A stretch of 64,000 nucleotides of DNA, from the NCBI GenBank assembly GCA_963778115.1, contig CAVZSV010000005.1, positions 288,001 through 352,000 on the forward strand. Direction: 5' to 3'. The notes beneath the pieces were generated by a model. That model was not told the DNA's origin. It ran no database searches and worked only from the letters and a program-made list of their open reading frames with translations. The stretch comes from an uncultured delta proteobacterium (GTDB lineage: Bacteria; Bdellovibrionota; FAC87; UBA2466). A program made the translations under genes and the position numbers. Shown one piece after another: positions 49,076-59,629 of this stretch (position 1 is its first letter; each line of letters starts with the position of its first letter).

Positions 49076-51604
49076 TTATCGTGCGGGGCTAGCCAGGACT
49101 CGCCCGGTCCTAGCGTTTTCGATTTCGCGCAAGAGTCTGGCGATGTTGGTGTTGGGGTAGGCTTTAACGACTTCACTTAGTCTCTGGGGGCTGGGGTCTT
49201 GAAGATACTGAGCAGTTCCATGCTCCAAAGGATAGAATTCGCGAACCTTCCCGATCCAATCCACTTTAATCGACCCATCCTCCGAGCCGTCTCCCCCAAG
49301 TTGAGTCGCCAAATGGACCGCATCACGGCTTTTGAAAAGAGTCTCCAATAGAGTAGGTTCACTCTCAAGGCGCCGACCAGGGATCTGACAGGTCACGTAA
49401 TACTCAAGTATGGGCCTATCTTCCGTGTGCAGCCGAACGTTGGGGTAGTGACTCAAAAACTCCCTCAACTGGTCGTCAGACACTAACCACCTTGACCAGA
49501 AGTAGTCGACCGAGATCGGCAACTCCGGATCGGCCTCCATTTGCGTTTTTATCCTTTGCAGCCCCTCCCACTGCTGTTTGAGCAAGTCACGCGGCCTATC
49601 GTAAGAGATGGCAAACATCTCTCTGCCGACGCCAAAGGTGGGATAGAAGAGCTGAACCTGACTAAAGACTGAAGTAAGGTTTTTTAAAATACTCAGCGTC
49701 CCTTCGTTACCAATATTGGTAGGCAACCACGTTAGCAGGATTCCATTAGGCGAGAGAAGCCGTTGCACATTGTGGAAGTGCTCGACGGTATATAATTTGG
49801 TGCTCATCTCACTACTGATGATAAAGCTATCCGAAAGGACTAAGTCATATTGCACGTCTGGTTTTTGGACGAAAGCAATGCCATCTTGATGGTAGAGGTG
49901 AATTGAGGTTTGGCTGGTTTCCAACGCCCCCGGAAAAAAACGAGCCGACACTTCAACCATCTGAGGATGTAACTCGACGATATCTAGAGCCTGAGGGTGG
50001 GCTTCGAGTAGATTTCGGGTAATCTGACCGTTTCCGTATCCGATCTGCAATACTCGAGAGTGGCTATCGATGAGGGAAGCCGCAAGCAATCCCTGTAATA
50101 TTTGAGTATTCTTTCGGACTATGTCCGTCGACCCCGAGACGTAATAAGCATTCCTAATTTCTACTTCGCCACTTTGTTTTCGAACGACCATGAGAAGTCC
50201 GTTGGCATCCTCTTGACTCATGAGAATGTGATCGCCCCGTCCAAGCATTGCAATCGAACTACGCGCGACGGTCTTACAAAGAGAGGAAGGAAAGAGACAG
50301 GCCAAAACTAAGACAAATCCCAAATTCATTATCGAAAAGGCGTTCCCCTTAAAAGAGCCCTTTCGAAAGTCACCGAATGAAAAACTAGCTCCGGCCAAAA
50401 GAACCAGGGAAAACAGAACACTTCCCTCAGTACCCATATATCTAAGAGTAACAAACGCAAAGCATAACGTTCCGGCAATGGCCGCAAAGGTTTCTGTGTA
50501 AAAGACGATGGCAAACACGCTTGCCTCTCGATTAGGATCTCGCGAGAGATTGCCTTTGTCGGAAATCCAGCGCACCAACATCGGAAACTGTAGCCCGCCC
50601 GCAAAGGAAAAGATCACGTAAAGTAAAAGAATCACACTCGCCAAAAGTTTTGATTCGATAAAGAAAGGCCACGGATTAGGTAAAAAGCAACAGAGGCCCA
50701 AAAGAAACAGGGCTCCCGTTTGCATGGCAAAAGAAAGTCTTAGAATTTGAATCGGATCTCTACCTATCTTTTTCGAATAAGCCGCTCCGGCTGATACTCC
50801 TATGAAGTAGCTAGCAAGAGTTGCTGAAATTCCCAGACGCGTTCCTCCCAATAGATAATCCAGTAGCTGGCCGTGCAGAGTTTCAACAAACATCGTTACA
50901 AAGCCCACGACGCTCACTATCCCCAAAGCCCTTAGTGGCATCGTCACTTTCGTGGAGGAAGGGGCACGAGCCGGCTTTGCCGTTGGAGGGACTAGTTTAC
51001 GAGTGATAAGAAAAAAAAGACCCACCAGGGCGTTTAACCCTACCAGAATCAAACAAATAAATTTATATCCCAAAAAGACAAAACCCATCGAACCCAACAC
51101 AACGGCCGCAAAAGCACTTCCCAAATTGTAAAACGAATAGGCCCGAGCATTCGCCTCCTCGCCCGATTGGCCTGCTATCACCACCAAAAGCCAGGGAAGA
51201 GAGGCCCCTATTAACGTGCAGGTCACTCCAGTCAATAAGAACGTACCGACAAAGCAGATTATCCAGGTCGATAGCGTTTGATTATTAGGCAAATAGTGTT
51301 GCGTGAGGAAGGGTAGATTAGCGGAAACAAAATAGGAAACCAGCGCCGATCCGGCCACCAAAAGTTCTAGATAGCCATAATAAGAAAGACTGATAGCTCT
51401 TTGACGGCTCCACTTGGAAAAACCAAACGCCCCCAGCGCAACTCCCAAAAGAACGGCTACTAGGATAGTCGCAAAAACTTGCGCGGTGCTACCAAAGAAG
51501 AAACTAAAGCGTCTTACCCAAAGCATTTCATAGCCGATGGCGGTAAACCCACCGATCTGAATGCAACGAAACAAAAGTTCGCAAGAATAGGGTTTCACCT
51601 TCAT
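49076..51604 (-). CDS. second fused MFS-like / spermidine synthase-like protein
   Basis: GGFTAIGYEMLWVR, YNLGSA, VLQIGYGNGQ, IVELHP, QDGIAFV, YDLVLSD, LHTEDRPILEY. Confidence 0.88.
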   Translation of the reverse strand: MKVKPYSCELLFRCIQIGGFTAIGYEMLWVRRFSFFFGSTAQVFATILVAVLLGVALGAFGFSKWSRQRAISLSYYGYLELLVAGSALVSYFVSANLPFLTQHYLPNNQTLSTWIICFVGTFLLTGVTCTLIGASLPWLLVVIAGQSGEEANARAYSFYNLGSAFAAVVLGSMGFVFLGYKFICLILVGLNALVGLFFLITRKLVPPTAKPARAPSSTKVTMPLRALGIVSVVGFVTMFVETLHGQLLDYLLGGTRLGISATLASYFIGVSAGAAYSKKIGRDPIQILRLSFAMQTGALFLLGLCCFLPNPWPFFIESKLLASVILLLYVIFSFAGGLQFPMLVRWISDKGNLSRDPNREASVFAIVFYTETFAAIAGTLCFAFVTLRYMGTEGSVLFSLVLLAGASFSFGDFRKGSFKGNAFSIMNLGFVLVLACLFPSSLCKTVARSSIAMLGRGDHILMSQEDANGLLMVVRKQSGEVEIRNAYYVSGSTDIVRKNTQILQGLLAASLIDSHSRVLQIGYGNGQITRNLLEAHPQALDIVELHPQMVEVSARFFPGALETSQTSIHLYHQDGIAFVQKPDVQYDLVLSDSFIISSEMSTKLYTVEHFHNVQRLLSPNGILLTWLPTNIGNEGTLSILKNLTSVFSQVQLFYPTFGVGREMFAISYDRPRDLLKQQWEGLQRIKTQMEADPELPISVDYFWSRWLVSDDQLREFLSHYPNVRLHTEDRPILEYYVTCQIPGRRLESEPTLLETLFKSRDAVHLATQLGGDGSEDGSIKVDWIGKVREFYPLEHGTAQYLQDPSPQRLSEVVKAYPNTNIARLLREIENARTGRVLASPAR

Positions 51605-52518
51605 GGAGAATTGGGTTTTCCGGATAGAGTAAGTTCATTCTGCTTTGCCTCGATCTCGGAATTCAAGGTGCTTAGTAACTGCTTGTGCTGAGCCAATTCG
51701 TCTTGCATCGCTTTAATCCTTTTGCTCTCCTCAGCCTGCTGGCTCGACTCGTCTCCGACGTGAGAGGCGTAGCTATCATAGTCACTCTTAGCGGCGTCAT
51801 ATTGCCTTTGGATGTCCTCTTGCTGATCTAGTAAAGCTTGGCGATCGATCTGAGCTTGTCTGGCCAGGTTTGCCTGATGAGAGTCGCCGTCCGGATTCGA
51901 TCGGACGGCTTCTCTGTCCGCTTTTAATTGCAAAACACGTTGGTGATGTCCCTGAATTTGGGACAGTACCTGCTGGACCGCGGCACGATCTTGAAGTCGT
52001 CCTAGTGATCGTAACTGAGACAATTGGTTATTGAGATCGGCAATGGAATCATTCTCTGCTTTTATTTCGTAATTGATGGAGGCCACTTGGTTAGAGACCG
52101 CGGCGCGATCGGCACTCTGAGTCGCTTTTTGTTGTAAATTTGTGTTTCGATCTAGATTTCTAATTTGATTCGCTATGGAGTTTTGTTGATTCTTCAAGTC
52201 ATCGAGATTTCTTTTCTTTCCCGCTATGTCGATTTTTAACGAACCCAAATCGTCGGAATTGCGAAGTAGAGCCTGCTCCATTCGAAGCTTTTGATCTAAG
52301 ATCTCAACGGCACGTGCCTCCGAATTGCGTTGGACTCTGAGCTGATTTAGATCCTTTCCAATACCGGGGTCCGGGACCAGGGCTTTCTGATTTCGCTCCG
52401 CCTCAAGAAGTTGTTCCAATGCCAACTGTTTTTCTTTGTACTTAAGACTGAGTTGACGAACGTACAGATATGAACCCCCAATCAATCCTACGAACACCAG
52501 TAACAGCATCACACGCAT
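51601..52518 (-). CDS. membrane-anchored coiled-coil protein
   Basis: N-terminal TM then Q/N/L-rich heptads; stop overlaps the next start. Confidence 0.75.
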   Translation of the reverse strand: MRVMLLLVFVGLIGGSYLYVRQLSLKYKEKQLALEQLLEAERNQKALVPDPGIGKDLNQLRVQRNSEARAVEILDQKLRMEQALLRNSDDLGSLKIDIAGKKRNLDDLKNQQNSIANQIRNLDRNTNLQQKATQSADRAAVSNQVASINYEIKAENDSIADLNNQLSQLRSLGRLQDRAAVQQVLSQIQGHHQRVLQLKADREAVRSNPDGDSHQANLARQAQIDRQALLDQQEDIQRQYDAAKSDYDSYASHVGDESSQQAEESKRIKAMQDELAQHKQLLSTLNSEIEAKQNELTLSGKPNSP

Positions 52519-52539
52519 GGCTAATGGCCCCCGAGACTC

Positions 52540-54459
52540 TTACGGTAAGTGGGTTTGTTTGGTGTAGCTTACTTTTTCTTTTACTAAGTGATTTTGATAC
52601 TCGCGCTCGGCTGCATTTTCCGCCGCTACTACTTCAGGATCGTTGAGCGCAGTCTTTTCGAAACCGAGACTCTCCATCTTCTTTAGATGGGCACCTAGCG
52701 CTTCGGGAGAGACCAGATAGGCCAGAAAAAAATCGGCATACTGTACCCCCACAAAGGAATACCCTAATCGTTGGACGTGGGGAACCCCTCCAAAATAGTC
52801 ATAGTTAAATTCGGATACTGAATGTTCATTTAACTTAAACTGAAGCAACACTTCTTTGAGCGGAGCTTTCGTGTAAAAATTCGTCGAATAGGTCGAATGA
52901 GGCCAAACGATGGCGGGGCGATGACGATCGATGAGGTCGAAGGGTCTAAACCTTCGCATCATACAATGTGCCGGAATTAGTAGGGGTCGGGAATAGATTT
53001 CGGGATTCGACACTCCGAAGAGATCTAACGCATCCCTATCGGCAAAGTACATCAAAGTGGAAAGCTCCGAGGAGGCAATTTCGTCGGAAGGGCGTGTCGT
53101 CATGCCTAAGTGGTGGCCTACTTTCGAGAGATCCGAAATTCTGGCATCCCCTCTGGGAAACACCCTTAATTGCGCCACTTCGTGAACCCAGGTTGCTCTT
53201 GCCGGGGTCGTAAGCGAATAAGTAAGAAAAGCTACGACCAGCGTAACTCCGGCAACGGGTCTTGTTTTAAGAGCAAGGCTATTAAAGGCATAAGAAAGGA
53301 CTGAAAACATCAGAGTCAAAAATGTCAGAGCAAAGGGGAACAGGTAGCGAATCCAATACGGAAACCAGTCTCCCCCTGAAAGATAATAAGCCAACGTAAA
53401 AACGAAACAGCATAGGGCGAAACCAAATAGCGCCAATACCTCATTGTGAGTTTTGCGCTTGGCGAGAAAGCCCCCTCGACCGATCCAGAATCCCAATATG
53501 GTGACGGGTAAAGCGAACCACAAAAATCCAAAAAATAGGTCGGAGTTTAGATTCCCAAGTCCCATCTTCAGATATTCCCAATCAAGGCTTGCTTTGTAAT
53601 GAACAGGAGCCGGAACCCAATCTCCAAAAGTATAAAAACGATACCACGCTAATATCAATGCGGGCCAAATAGCAATTCCCGCGTTCAGGGCAAACCGTCG
53701 AACGGGAAAAAAGAGCGAACTCGATCTCTTTTCCTTCCAGCGAAAGAAAGCTTCGAACGCGAGAAGAATTAAAAGAAGTCCGGTGCCTTCGAAGCGGATC
53801 ACCGGGAGCAACGACAAGAGAAAGATTCCCAAAGTTCGCTTAGGAGTTAAGAAGAGAAGGTAAAATCCCCACAAAACATCCGCGGCAAAAAAGGTGGTTC
53901 CAAACCCACTTGCCGAGTTATAGCCCAGAGCAGGGTAAAGTGATACTAAGACAACCCCCAGGTCGGCCCACCATTTTTCAGCGACCGTTTTTTGTAAAAT
54001 TCGATGTACCGCAACCAGGCATAGTATTCCCCCCAGCAGACTCTGTAGCAAACAGGACTCCACTAATGGCAAGCCTAGCTTACCTAAAACGCCGAGCAGA
54101 AAATAGACCAGAAAATCCACGGTAGCTTCCACGTTTTGAAAAATTTGGAAGGAGTAGTGACCGGAATGCACAAAATTTAAAGAATGGCGAAGGTTCGTAA
54201 AAACTTCATCCCAGGGATCATTAAGCAATATCACCCCAATAACGAATCCCAACCACATCCCTCCCTTTCGAATGAGGGAAAAGCGTTCGCATCCTTTCTT
54301 TTTCTCGAGAAACAAAGAGGTCAGCGTTAGTACTATAACCAAGGGGAAGAGGACTTTTAAAATAAGAAAAAGGCTTTGGTTCTCAAACATTCCCCCAAAA
54401 AGCGAGTCGTAAACGCTTACCGCCGGACGGGTCGTCTTATAGAGATAATCTAGTTTCAT
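52540..54459 (-). CDS. GT-C fold membrane glycosyltransferase-like protein
   Basis: DPWDEVFTNLRHSLNF...VEATVDFL, RFEG, FGDWVPAPVHYK, GGDWFPYWIRY, ALDLFGV. Confidence 0.7.
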   Translation of the reverse strand: MKLDYLYKTTRPAVSVYDSLFGGMFENQSLFLILKVLFPLVIVLTLTSLFLEKKKGCERFSLIRKGGMWLGFVIGVILLNDPWDEVFTNLRHSLNFVHSGHYSFQIFQNVEATVDFLVYFLLGVLGKLGLPLVESCLLQSLLGGILCLVAVHRILQKTVAEKWWADLGVVLVSLYPALGYNSASGFGTTFFAADVLWGFYLLFLTPKRTLGIFLLSLLPVIRFEGTGLLLILLAFEAFFRWKEKRSSSLFFPVRRFALNAGIAIWPALILAWYRFYTFGDWVPAPVHYKASLDWEYLKMGLGNLNSDLFFGFLWFALPVTILGFWIGRGGFLAKRKTHNEVLALFGFALCCFVFTLAYYLSGGDWFPYWIRYLFPFALTFLTLMFSVLSYAFNSLALKTRPVAGVTLVVAFLTYSLTTPARATWVHEVAQLRVFPRGDARISDLSKVGHHLGMTTRPSDEIASSELSTLMYFADRDALDLFGVSNPEIYSRPLLIPAHCMMRRFRPFDLIDRHRPAIVWPHSTYSTNFYTKAPLKEVLLQFKLNEHSVSEFNYDYFGGVPHVQRLGYSFVGVQYADFFLAYLVSPEALGAHLKKMESLGFEKTALNDPEVVAAENAAEREYQNHLVKEKVSYTKQTHLP

Positions 54460-54571
54460 GAGTGTGTTTTTTGGGTAAGTATACCATTTCTTATCTGTTA
54501 GCGGGTTTCCACTCTGCCGGCCAAACCGCTATCTCGGTGCATAAGCGAGGCCTCCGAGGTATAATTTTCAT

Positions 54572-56185
54572 GTGAATTCGCCAAAATTTTGGCTTCGTGC
54601 ATTACCGATACTCATTCCCTTTCTTATTCTTATAGGTACGGGTCTTCGCGGCATCGATTTCGGCTATCACTGGGACGAAATCCCCTACCAGCTAAAGCCG
54701 GTTCAACAAATGGCGGAGACCGGTACCTTTTTACCCAATTTCTACCTCTATCCGTCAGTAACTTACTATCTGACGCTTGCCACCGTTGGGCTAGATTTTA
54801 TAAGAGAAAAGGTTCAAGGAAGAGTAGGGATTAAAGATAAGATCATCTCTGACATTACCTCGATGAAATTTTTGGTAAGGGATAGAGTTTGGTTTCTATT
54901 TCTCTCTTCACTCTCTCTTTTTTGGGTCTATTTTCTGGTTCTTTTCTGGAGAAACTCTGTCTTTGAAGCATTTACCGCTTCTTGCCTTCTGGCCTTTTCC
55001 TGGGAAGTCGCTTACCACTGCAGGTGGGTAGCTGCGGATGCTCTAGTCATGACTTTCGGTGCCGCGACCCTGTTTTTTTGCATACTCCAATTTCGCACTC
55101 ATGACAAAAAAGCTAACACTCACAAAGATTGGCTCACCGTTGCCGCGGTTTTTGCCGGGATTGCCACGGGAACCAAGTACCCTGGCGCGCTGCTACTGAT
55201 TGTCGTATGGGTAAGCGCTTGGTACGACAACCGAACTATAATTCGTGGATTTGAGGGAGTACAGCTACTAACCAAGCGTTGGGTAAAGTTAGGAGCCATC
55301 GCTTTTGGAATCTATCTGATTTCAACACCGGGAACTTTTCTGCAGCCTAAGTGGTTTTACTACTGGGTAAATTATATTTCCGATCACTATCGCAATGGAC
55401 CACATTGGGGATATATGACCCCTTCGGGAATTCCCCATTTAGCCCGCATGGTGACTTATCTTTTTTTCGTTTTCTATTCTCACTTTACCCCGCTTGCCGT
55501 ATTTCTTTCCGTTTGTACGATCTTAGGAGCCATAGTTTTATTTCGTGAAGATAGAAGGTTCATCGTTCCTTCGGTTACATTTATCGTCTGTTATTTACTT
55601 TATTTCAGCCATCAAAGAGTGATGATTGTTCGTAACCTTTTAGTGCTAGCTCCGTTCTTTGTGATTATGGCAGCCCACGGGGTAAGCTGGATTGTCTATC
55701 AATTTCCCTTGGACTTAAGAAAATACGCCAAGGCCGCTTTTCTTTTAATTTGCATCGTTCCGAACGCCGCATGGCTATTTACTACGGCAGAAACCATTCA
55801 TCATCGTCACGATAGAGACTTCGTCGGGGAGGCCGCGACCTATATCAATTCCCATACGGACTCGGCTTTTCTGGGAAAAGGGCTCTCGGCCGTTTTTCAA
55901 AATAGGGGATTAAAAATTTCACATCCCTCCGACAATCCCGAAACCGCCAGCGAAATTGTAGCCTTCATCAGCGACTTTGAAAATTCTCCCATCGACTGGC
56001 CGGCTAATCGCTTCCACCAATTCACCAGGTGGTTTGGACCCTACGACGCTAACTTGGACTATTATCCTACGTGGAACAACGGGGACGATAGAATTGTCGT
56101 CTTGTCGTCCGAGCAGTGGCGACGGTCTGGAATGTTATTAATTCGTCCCTCCAGCGGAACTAAGGTAAGTCTTCTTACTCCCTGA
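54572..56185 (+). CDS. ArnT/PMT-like (GT-C) glycosyltransferase
   Basis: GIDFGYHWDE, YLYPS, GIATGTKYPG, VRNLL; multiple TM segments. Confidence 0.8.
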   Translation: MNSPKFWLRALPILIPFLILIGTGLRGIDFGYHWDEIPYQLKPVQQMAETGTFLPNFYLYPSVTYYLTLATVGLDFIREKVQGRVGIKDKIISDITSMKFLVRDRVWFLFLSSLSLFWVYFLVLFWRNSVFEAFTASCLLAFSWEVAYHCRWVAADALVMTFGAATLFFCILQFRTHDKKANTHKDWLTVAAVFAGIATGTKYPGALLLIVVWVSAWYDNRTIIRGFEGVQLLTKRWVKLGAIAFGIYLISTPGTFLQPKWFYYWVNYISDHYRNGPHWGYMTPSGIPHLARMVTYLFFVFYSHFTPLAVFLSVCTILGAIVLFREDRRFIVPSVTFIVCYLLYFSHQRVMIVRNLLVLAPFFVIMAAHGVSWIVYQFPLDLRKYAKAAFLLICIVPNAAWLFTTAETIHHRHDRDFVGEAATYINSHTDSAFLGKGLSAVFQNRGLKISHPSDNPETASEIVAFISDFENSPIDWPANRFHQFTRWFGPYDANLDYYPTWNNGDDRIVVLSSEQWRRSGMLLIRPSSGTKVSLLTP

Positions 56186-56253
56186 AGCTTGTCTTATCTT
56201 TACTCTACTCATTCCTTTCATGATGCATCGCAACTAACATTGTGAGATTTTCT

Positions 56254-56280
56254 TAACTTTTGATCCTGTGACGCCGAAAA
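56254..56280 (+). promoter_or_regulatory. sigma-28-type promoter
   Basis: TAAC-N15-GCCGAAAA, 43 nt before GTG 56324. Confidence 0.5.
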
Positions 56281-56323
56281 GAGGTAGGGACCCACTCCCA
56301 TTTTGCTCACAGGAGCTCACGGC

Positions 56324-57733
56324 GTGATCAAGGCAATCATCTTTGATTTAGACGGCGTTCTAGTCGACGCCGTGGAATGGCATTATTTAGCGTTTAATCG
56401 GGCGTTGCGGCTCTTTGGATACCAAATCGAGCCGCAAGAACACAGTTCTCTTTACAACGGCCTTCCCACGGCAGTAAAATTGGAACTATTATCGCAGCGA
56501 GTCGGTTTTCCCACGCAGTTACACGGCTTCGTCAACCAGATGAAGCAGAAATACACGATCCAGCTTATCGAGAACTCCTGCCACCCCCGCCAAGAACTTC
56601 TAGGGCTGCTCAATTACATGAAGGGACAGGGGTACCGTTTTGCCGTTGCTTCAAATAGCATTCGTGCAACCGTAGAAATGATGTTGGATAAGATGGGAAT
56701 TCGAAATCACTTCGAAGTCGTTCTTTCCAACGAAGACGTGAAACGACCCAAACCGGAGCCTGAGATCTACCAAAAATGCATGGAGCGCTTAGGCGTGACA
56801 CCCGAAGAGGTGATGATTATCGAGGACTCCATTCCCGGAATTCAGGCCGCCAGGAAAGCAACAGAAAATGTAATGATCGTCGCTGGTCCCCACGAAGTTA
56901 CCCAAGACTTTGTTTGGAAGAACATTAAATTCTTCAATGACAGACGAAAAGCAAAAGCTGCCCCGGGAGATCCCGCGCAGACAAAGTTTACTCCTAACAC
57001 GGTAGAGATCGTCATTCCCATGGCGGGTTTGGGACAACGCTTCTCAGCAGCGGGATACGCCAAGCCCAAACCCATGATCGATGTCTTGGACAAACCCATG
57101 ATTCAGTGGGTGGTGGAGAATATTAGGCCAAAGAGCGTCCCTTCCCATTTTAATTTCATCTGTAATCGCAGCCATATCGAGGAATACCAGTTAGATAAAT
57201 TTTTAGCGCGCTTGGCTCCCGGCTGTAACATCATCTCAGTACCTGGAGTTACCGAAGGAGCTGCTTGCACTATTCTGTTGGCAAAGGAATTCATCAATAA
57301 CCACCGTCCTTTGATCATTGCGAATTCGGACCAATGGGTGGAAGTCTCTATCGACGAATTTGTTACCCTAGCCAAACGCGACAAGAGAGATGGCTTGATT
57401 ATGACCTTTCATGCCACTGAAAAGAAATGGAGTTACGCTAAAGTCGACGATACGGGAAAGGTAACCCAAGTCGCCGAAAAAAATCCCATTAGCGATCATG
57501 CGACCGTAGGTATCTACTATTTCAATCAAGGGCGAGATTTTATTGATGCGGCCGAAGAGATGATTCGCCGTGATATTCGCACGAACGGAGAATTCTACGT
57601 CTGCCCGGTCTACAACCAGCTAATCGAACAGGGCAAGAATAACGCCATTCACGAGATCCAACGCGGACAGATGCATGGCTTGGGAACCCCGGAAGATCTG
57701 ACGGTCTTTATTTCTTGGAAGCAGGCCGCCTAA
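56324..57733 (+). CDS. fused HAD phosphatase / sugar-phosphate nucleotidyltransferase-like protein
   Basis: GTG 56324 after AGGAG; FDLDGVLVD, ASNS, PKPEP, IEDS; then VIPMAGLGQRF, KPKPMIDV, NSDQ, VAEK, NGEFYV, GLGTPEDL. Confidence 0.88.
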   Translation: MIKAIIFDLDGVLVDAVEWHYLAFNRALRLFGYQIEPQEHSSLYNGLPTAVKLELLSQRVGFPTQLHGFVNQMKQKYTIQLIENSCHPRQELLGLLNYMKGQGYRFAVASNSIRATVEMMLDKMGIRNHFEVVLSNEDVKRPKPEPEIYQKCMERLGVTPEEVMIIEDSIPGIQAARKATENVMIVAGPHEVTQDFVWKNIKFFNDRRKAKAAPGDPAQTKFTPNTVEIVIPMAGLGQRFSAAGYAKPKPMIDVLDKPMIQWVVENIRPKSVPSHFNFICNRSHIEEYQLDKFLARLAPGCNIISVPGVTEGAACTILLAKEFINNHRPLIIANSDQWVEVSIDEFVTLAKRDKRDGLIMTFHATEKKWSYAKVDDTGKVTQVAEKNPISDHATVGIYYFNQGRDFIDAAEEMIRRDIRTNGEFYVCPVYNQLIEQGKNNAIHEIQRGQMHGLGTPEDLTVFISWKQAA

Positions 57734-57742
57734 ACGCTTTGG

Positions 57743-59629
57743 CTATTTGCTAATCTTTTTCGGTTGCTGATCGGGAGTAAAGAACGGCCCCACAAAGTCT
57801 GCTAGAGTCTCTGTGGACTGATCGATAGTCTTCTTATCGACGGTCCAAGCACTGGCCAACTCGCTTCGCTTTTGTCCATTGTCTTGCACATTGTAATTGA
57901 ATCCCGCATACAACTGGTTCTGATCGTTCCATCCGCCCTTGGGAGCAGAAGAAGCAATAAAATGAACTCCCAAACCTGTGTCTCCCAAATATTTTTCACT
58001 TATCGCCTGAACCGCAACTTCGCCGGCGCGAAGGGCATCCTCGGCTCCTACGTCCACTTGTTGGCGCGCCAGTTGATATGCCGTCTCGTAAGCCTGGGTT
58101 CCGTAAGTACCATAACGAGATTGAAAGATAGGTTTTTTGTGATAATAGTCCCATCCTATTTGGAAGTAGGCCGATTTGGCTTTGTTCTGAACCGCATCCA
58201 GCGCCCCTTGCTCTGCTCCAGCGTTAATATCTCTCATGTTCGCTTTCGCTTCCCCTCTGGCTACCCTAGTAGCAAAACGACGAATAGGGCCAGGTCTTCC
58301 ATTCCAGGTGCGTCCGTAGTGCGAGGCCTCCAGATTGGCGGTGTCATAAGCCTGCTTCGTCGATTGTGTCTTGGCTTCTTGTCGGATCTCATTTTGCACG
58401 ACAGGGCTTTGCTTAACAGCCACCCCTACCCACTGCGAAAGCATCTTCTTAAGGGAATCTCTATCGGCAAAGACGGTCGCTTTGATTTTATCCGGGCCAA
58501 CCGCATCCGCCATGTTTAGAAATTGTTGAAGCTTCCCACGATCTTTTGAAAGAAGATTCCCGTGCTTTTGGTCCCATTCCCTAACGGCATCTACAAAATC
58601 TCCAATGGATTTTTTGTTTCCCTTTGCCATGTTTAGAAACTGCGAGGAATTCCTGTCGATCCACCTCTTGCCCTCATCAGACTCGATAAACCTCTTTCCC
58701 ACACCAGTAACGCTTTCTATAATGTGGGGTCCTAAGACCAGGGCTGCTTTAATTCCCCCTTCTTTCGAAGCGGTATCAATGACCCCGTACACCGCGGCGG
58801 CCATGGCTACTCGGAAATCGAAGCTAGTGGGGTCGGATTTGCTCATTTGGCTTACTAGGGCAGGTAACTTTTTCTCTATGGCACTAAGAAAAGACTCCCC
58901 AAATCGTTTTGCTAGCGAATCTTCGGGAATCGCTTCAATGACAGCACGCAGATCTTCTACCTTTAGTAGATGAAGTGCTTTCATGACGGCTTTCAATTGA
59001 AACGGAGTTAACCCTCCCTTGGCAAGATTCTCCAAAGCTTTATCTAAAGTTCTAATCGGCCCCAAATCATTTTCCAAAGCTAGCGGCTGCCCGTCTTTTT
59101 GGTTTAATAGCCGCTTAGCTACGATGGCCGCGCGCAGATCATGTTCGTATTTTCTTGTTCTTTCCTTATCAGCCCAATAGTTCTTAACCGCTTGATCCGC
59201 ATGACTTGCAGCCGATTTTTCGTCGTAGCCCGCTTTCCGGTAGTACTTGATATAGTCTTCGCGAAAAATGGCGTTCTTTTCTTTCCACAACTCTTGGACG
59301 TCAAAAGCCTCTACGGACTGGATCTCTTTTTCGCTGATGGTCTTTGCTAGAGGATCGGCAAACTCCGCGATAATCGCCTTTTCGTAAATTTCACGAGCTT
59401 TCTCGGTAAGGCGATTTTGAGGATTAGTCTGGGAAGTAGGCGTGGTCACCGCGGAAGTAGAATTGCTACCGTTCTCAGAATGTTCTTTTGCCGCCCACGC
59501 CGAAGTATTGAAAGAAAATAGGAGTACGCAAAGAGCAACGCCACTTGCTCCTAATCTACTGCGCACTTTCGGTATACCTAAATTAATCATCTCTGGTGAC
59601 CCACGTTGCTTGTTCAAATGCAACTCCAA
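57743..59629 (-). CDS. hypothetical secreted helical protein
   Basis: 628 aa ORF, signal-like VALCVLLFSFNTSAWA; start uncertain. Confidence 0.7.
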   Translation of the reverse strand: MELHLNKQRGSPEMINLGIPKVRSRLGASGVALCVLLFSFNTSAWAAKEHSENGSNSTSAVTTPTSQTNPQNRLTEKAREIYEKAIIAEFADPLAKTISEKEIQSVEAFDVQELWKEKNAIFREDYIKYYRKAGYDEKSAASHADQAVKNYWADKERTRKYEHDLRAAIVAKRLLNQKDGQPLALENDLGPIRTLDKALENLAKGGLTPFQLKAVMKALHLLKVEDLRAVIEAIPEDSLAKRFGESFLSAIEKKLPALVSQMSKSDPTSFDFRVAMAAAVYGVIDTASKEGGIKAALVLGPHIIESVTGVGKRFIESDEGKRWIDRNSSQFLNMAKGNKKSIGDFVDAVREWDQKHGNLLSKDRGKLQQFLNMADAVGPDKIKATVFADRDSLKKMLSQWVGVAVKQSPVVQNEIRQEAKTQSTKQAYDTANLEASHYGRTWNGRPGPIRRFATRVARGEAKANMRDINAGAEQGALDAVQNKAKSAYFQIGWDYYHKKPIFQSRYGTYGTQAYETAYQLARQQVDVGAEDALRAGEVAVQAISEKYLGDTGLGVHFIASSAPKGGWNDQNQLYAGFNYNVQDNGQKRSELASAWTVDKKTIDQSTETLADFVGPFFTPDQQPKKISK

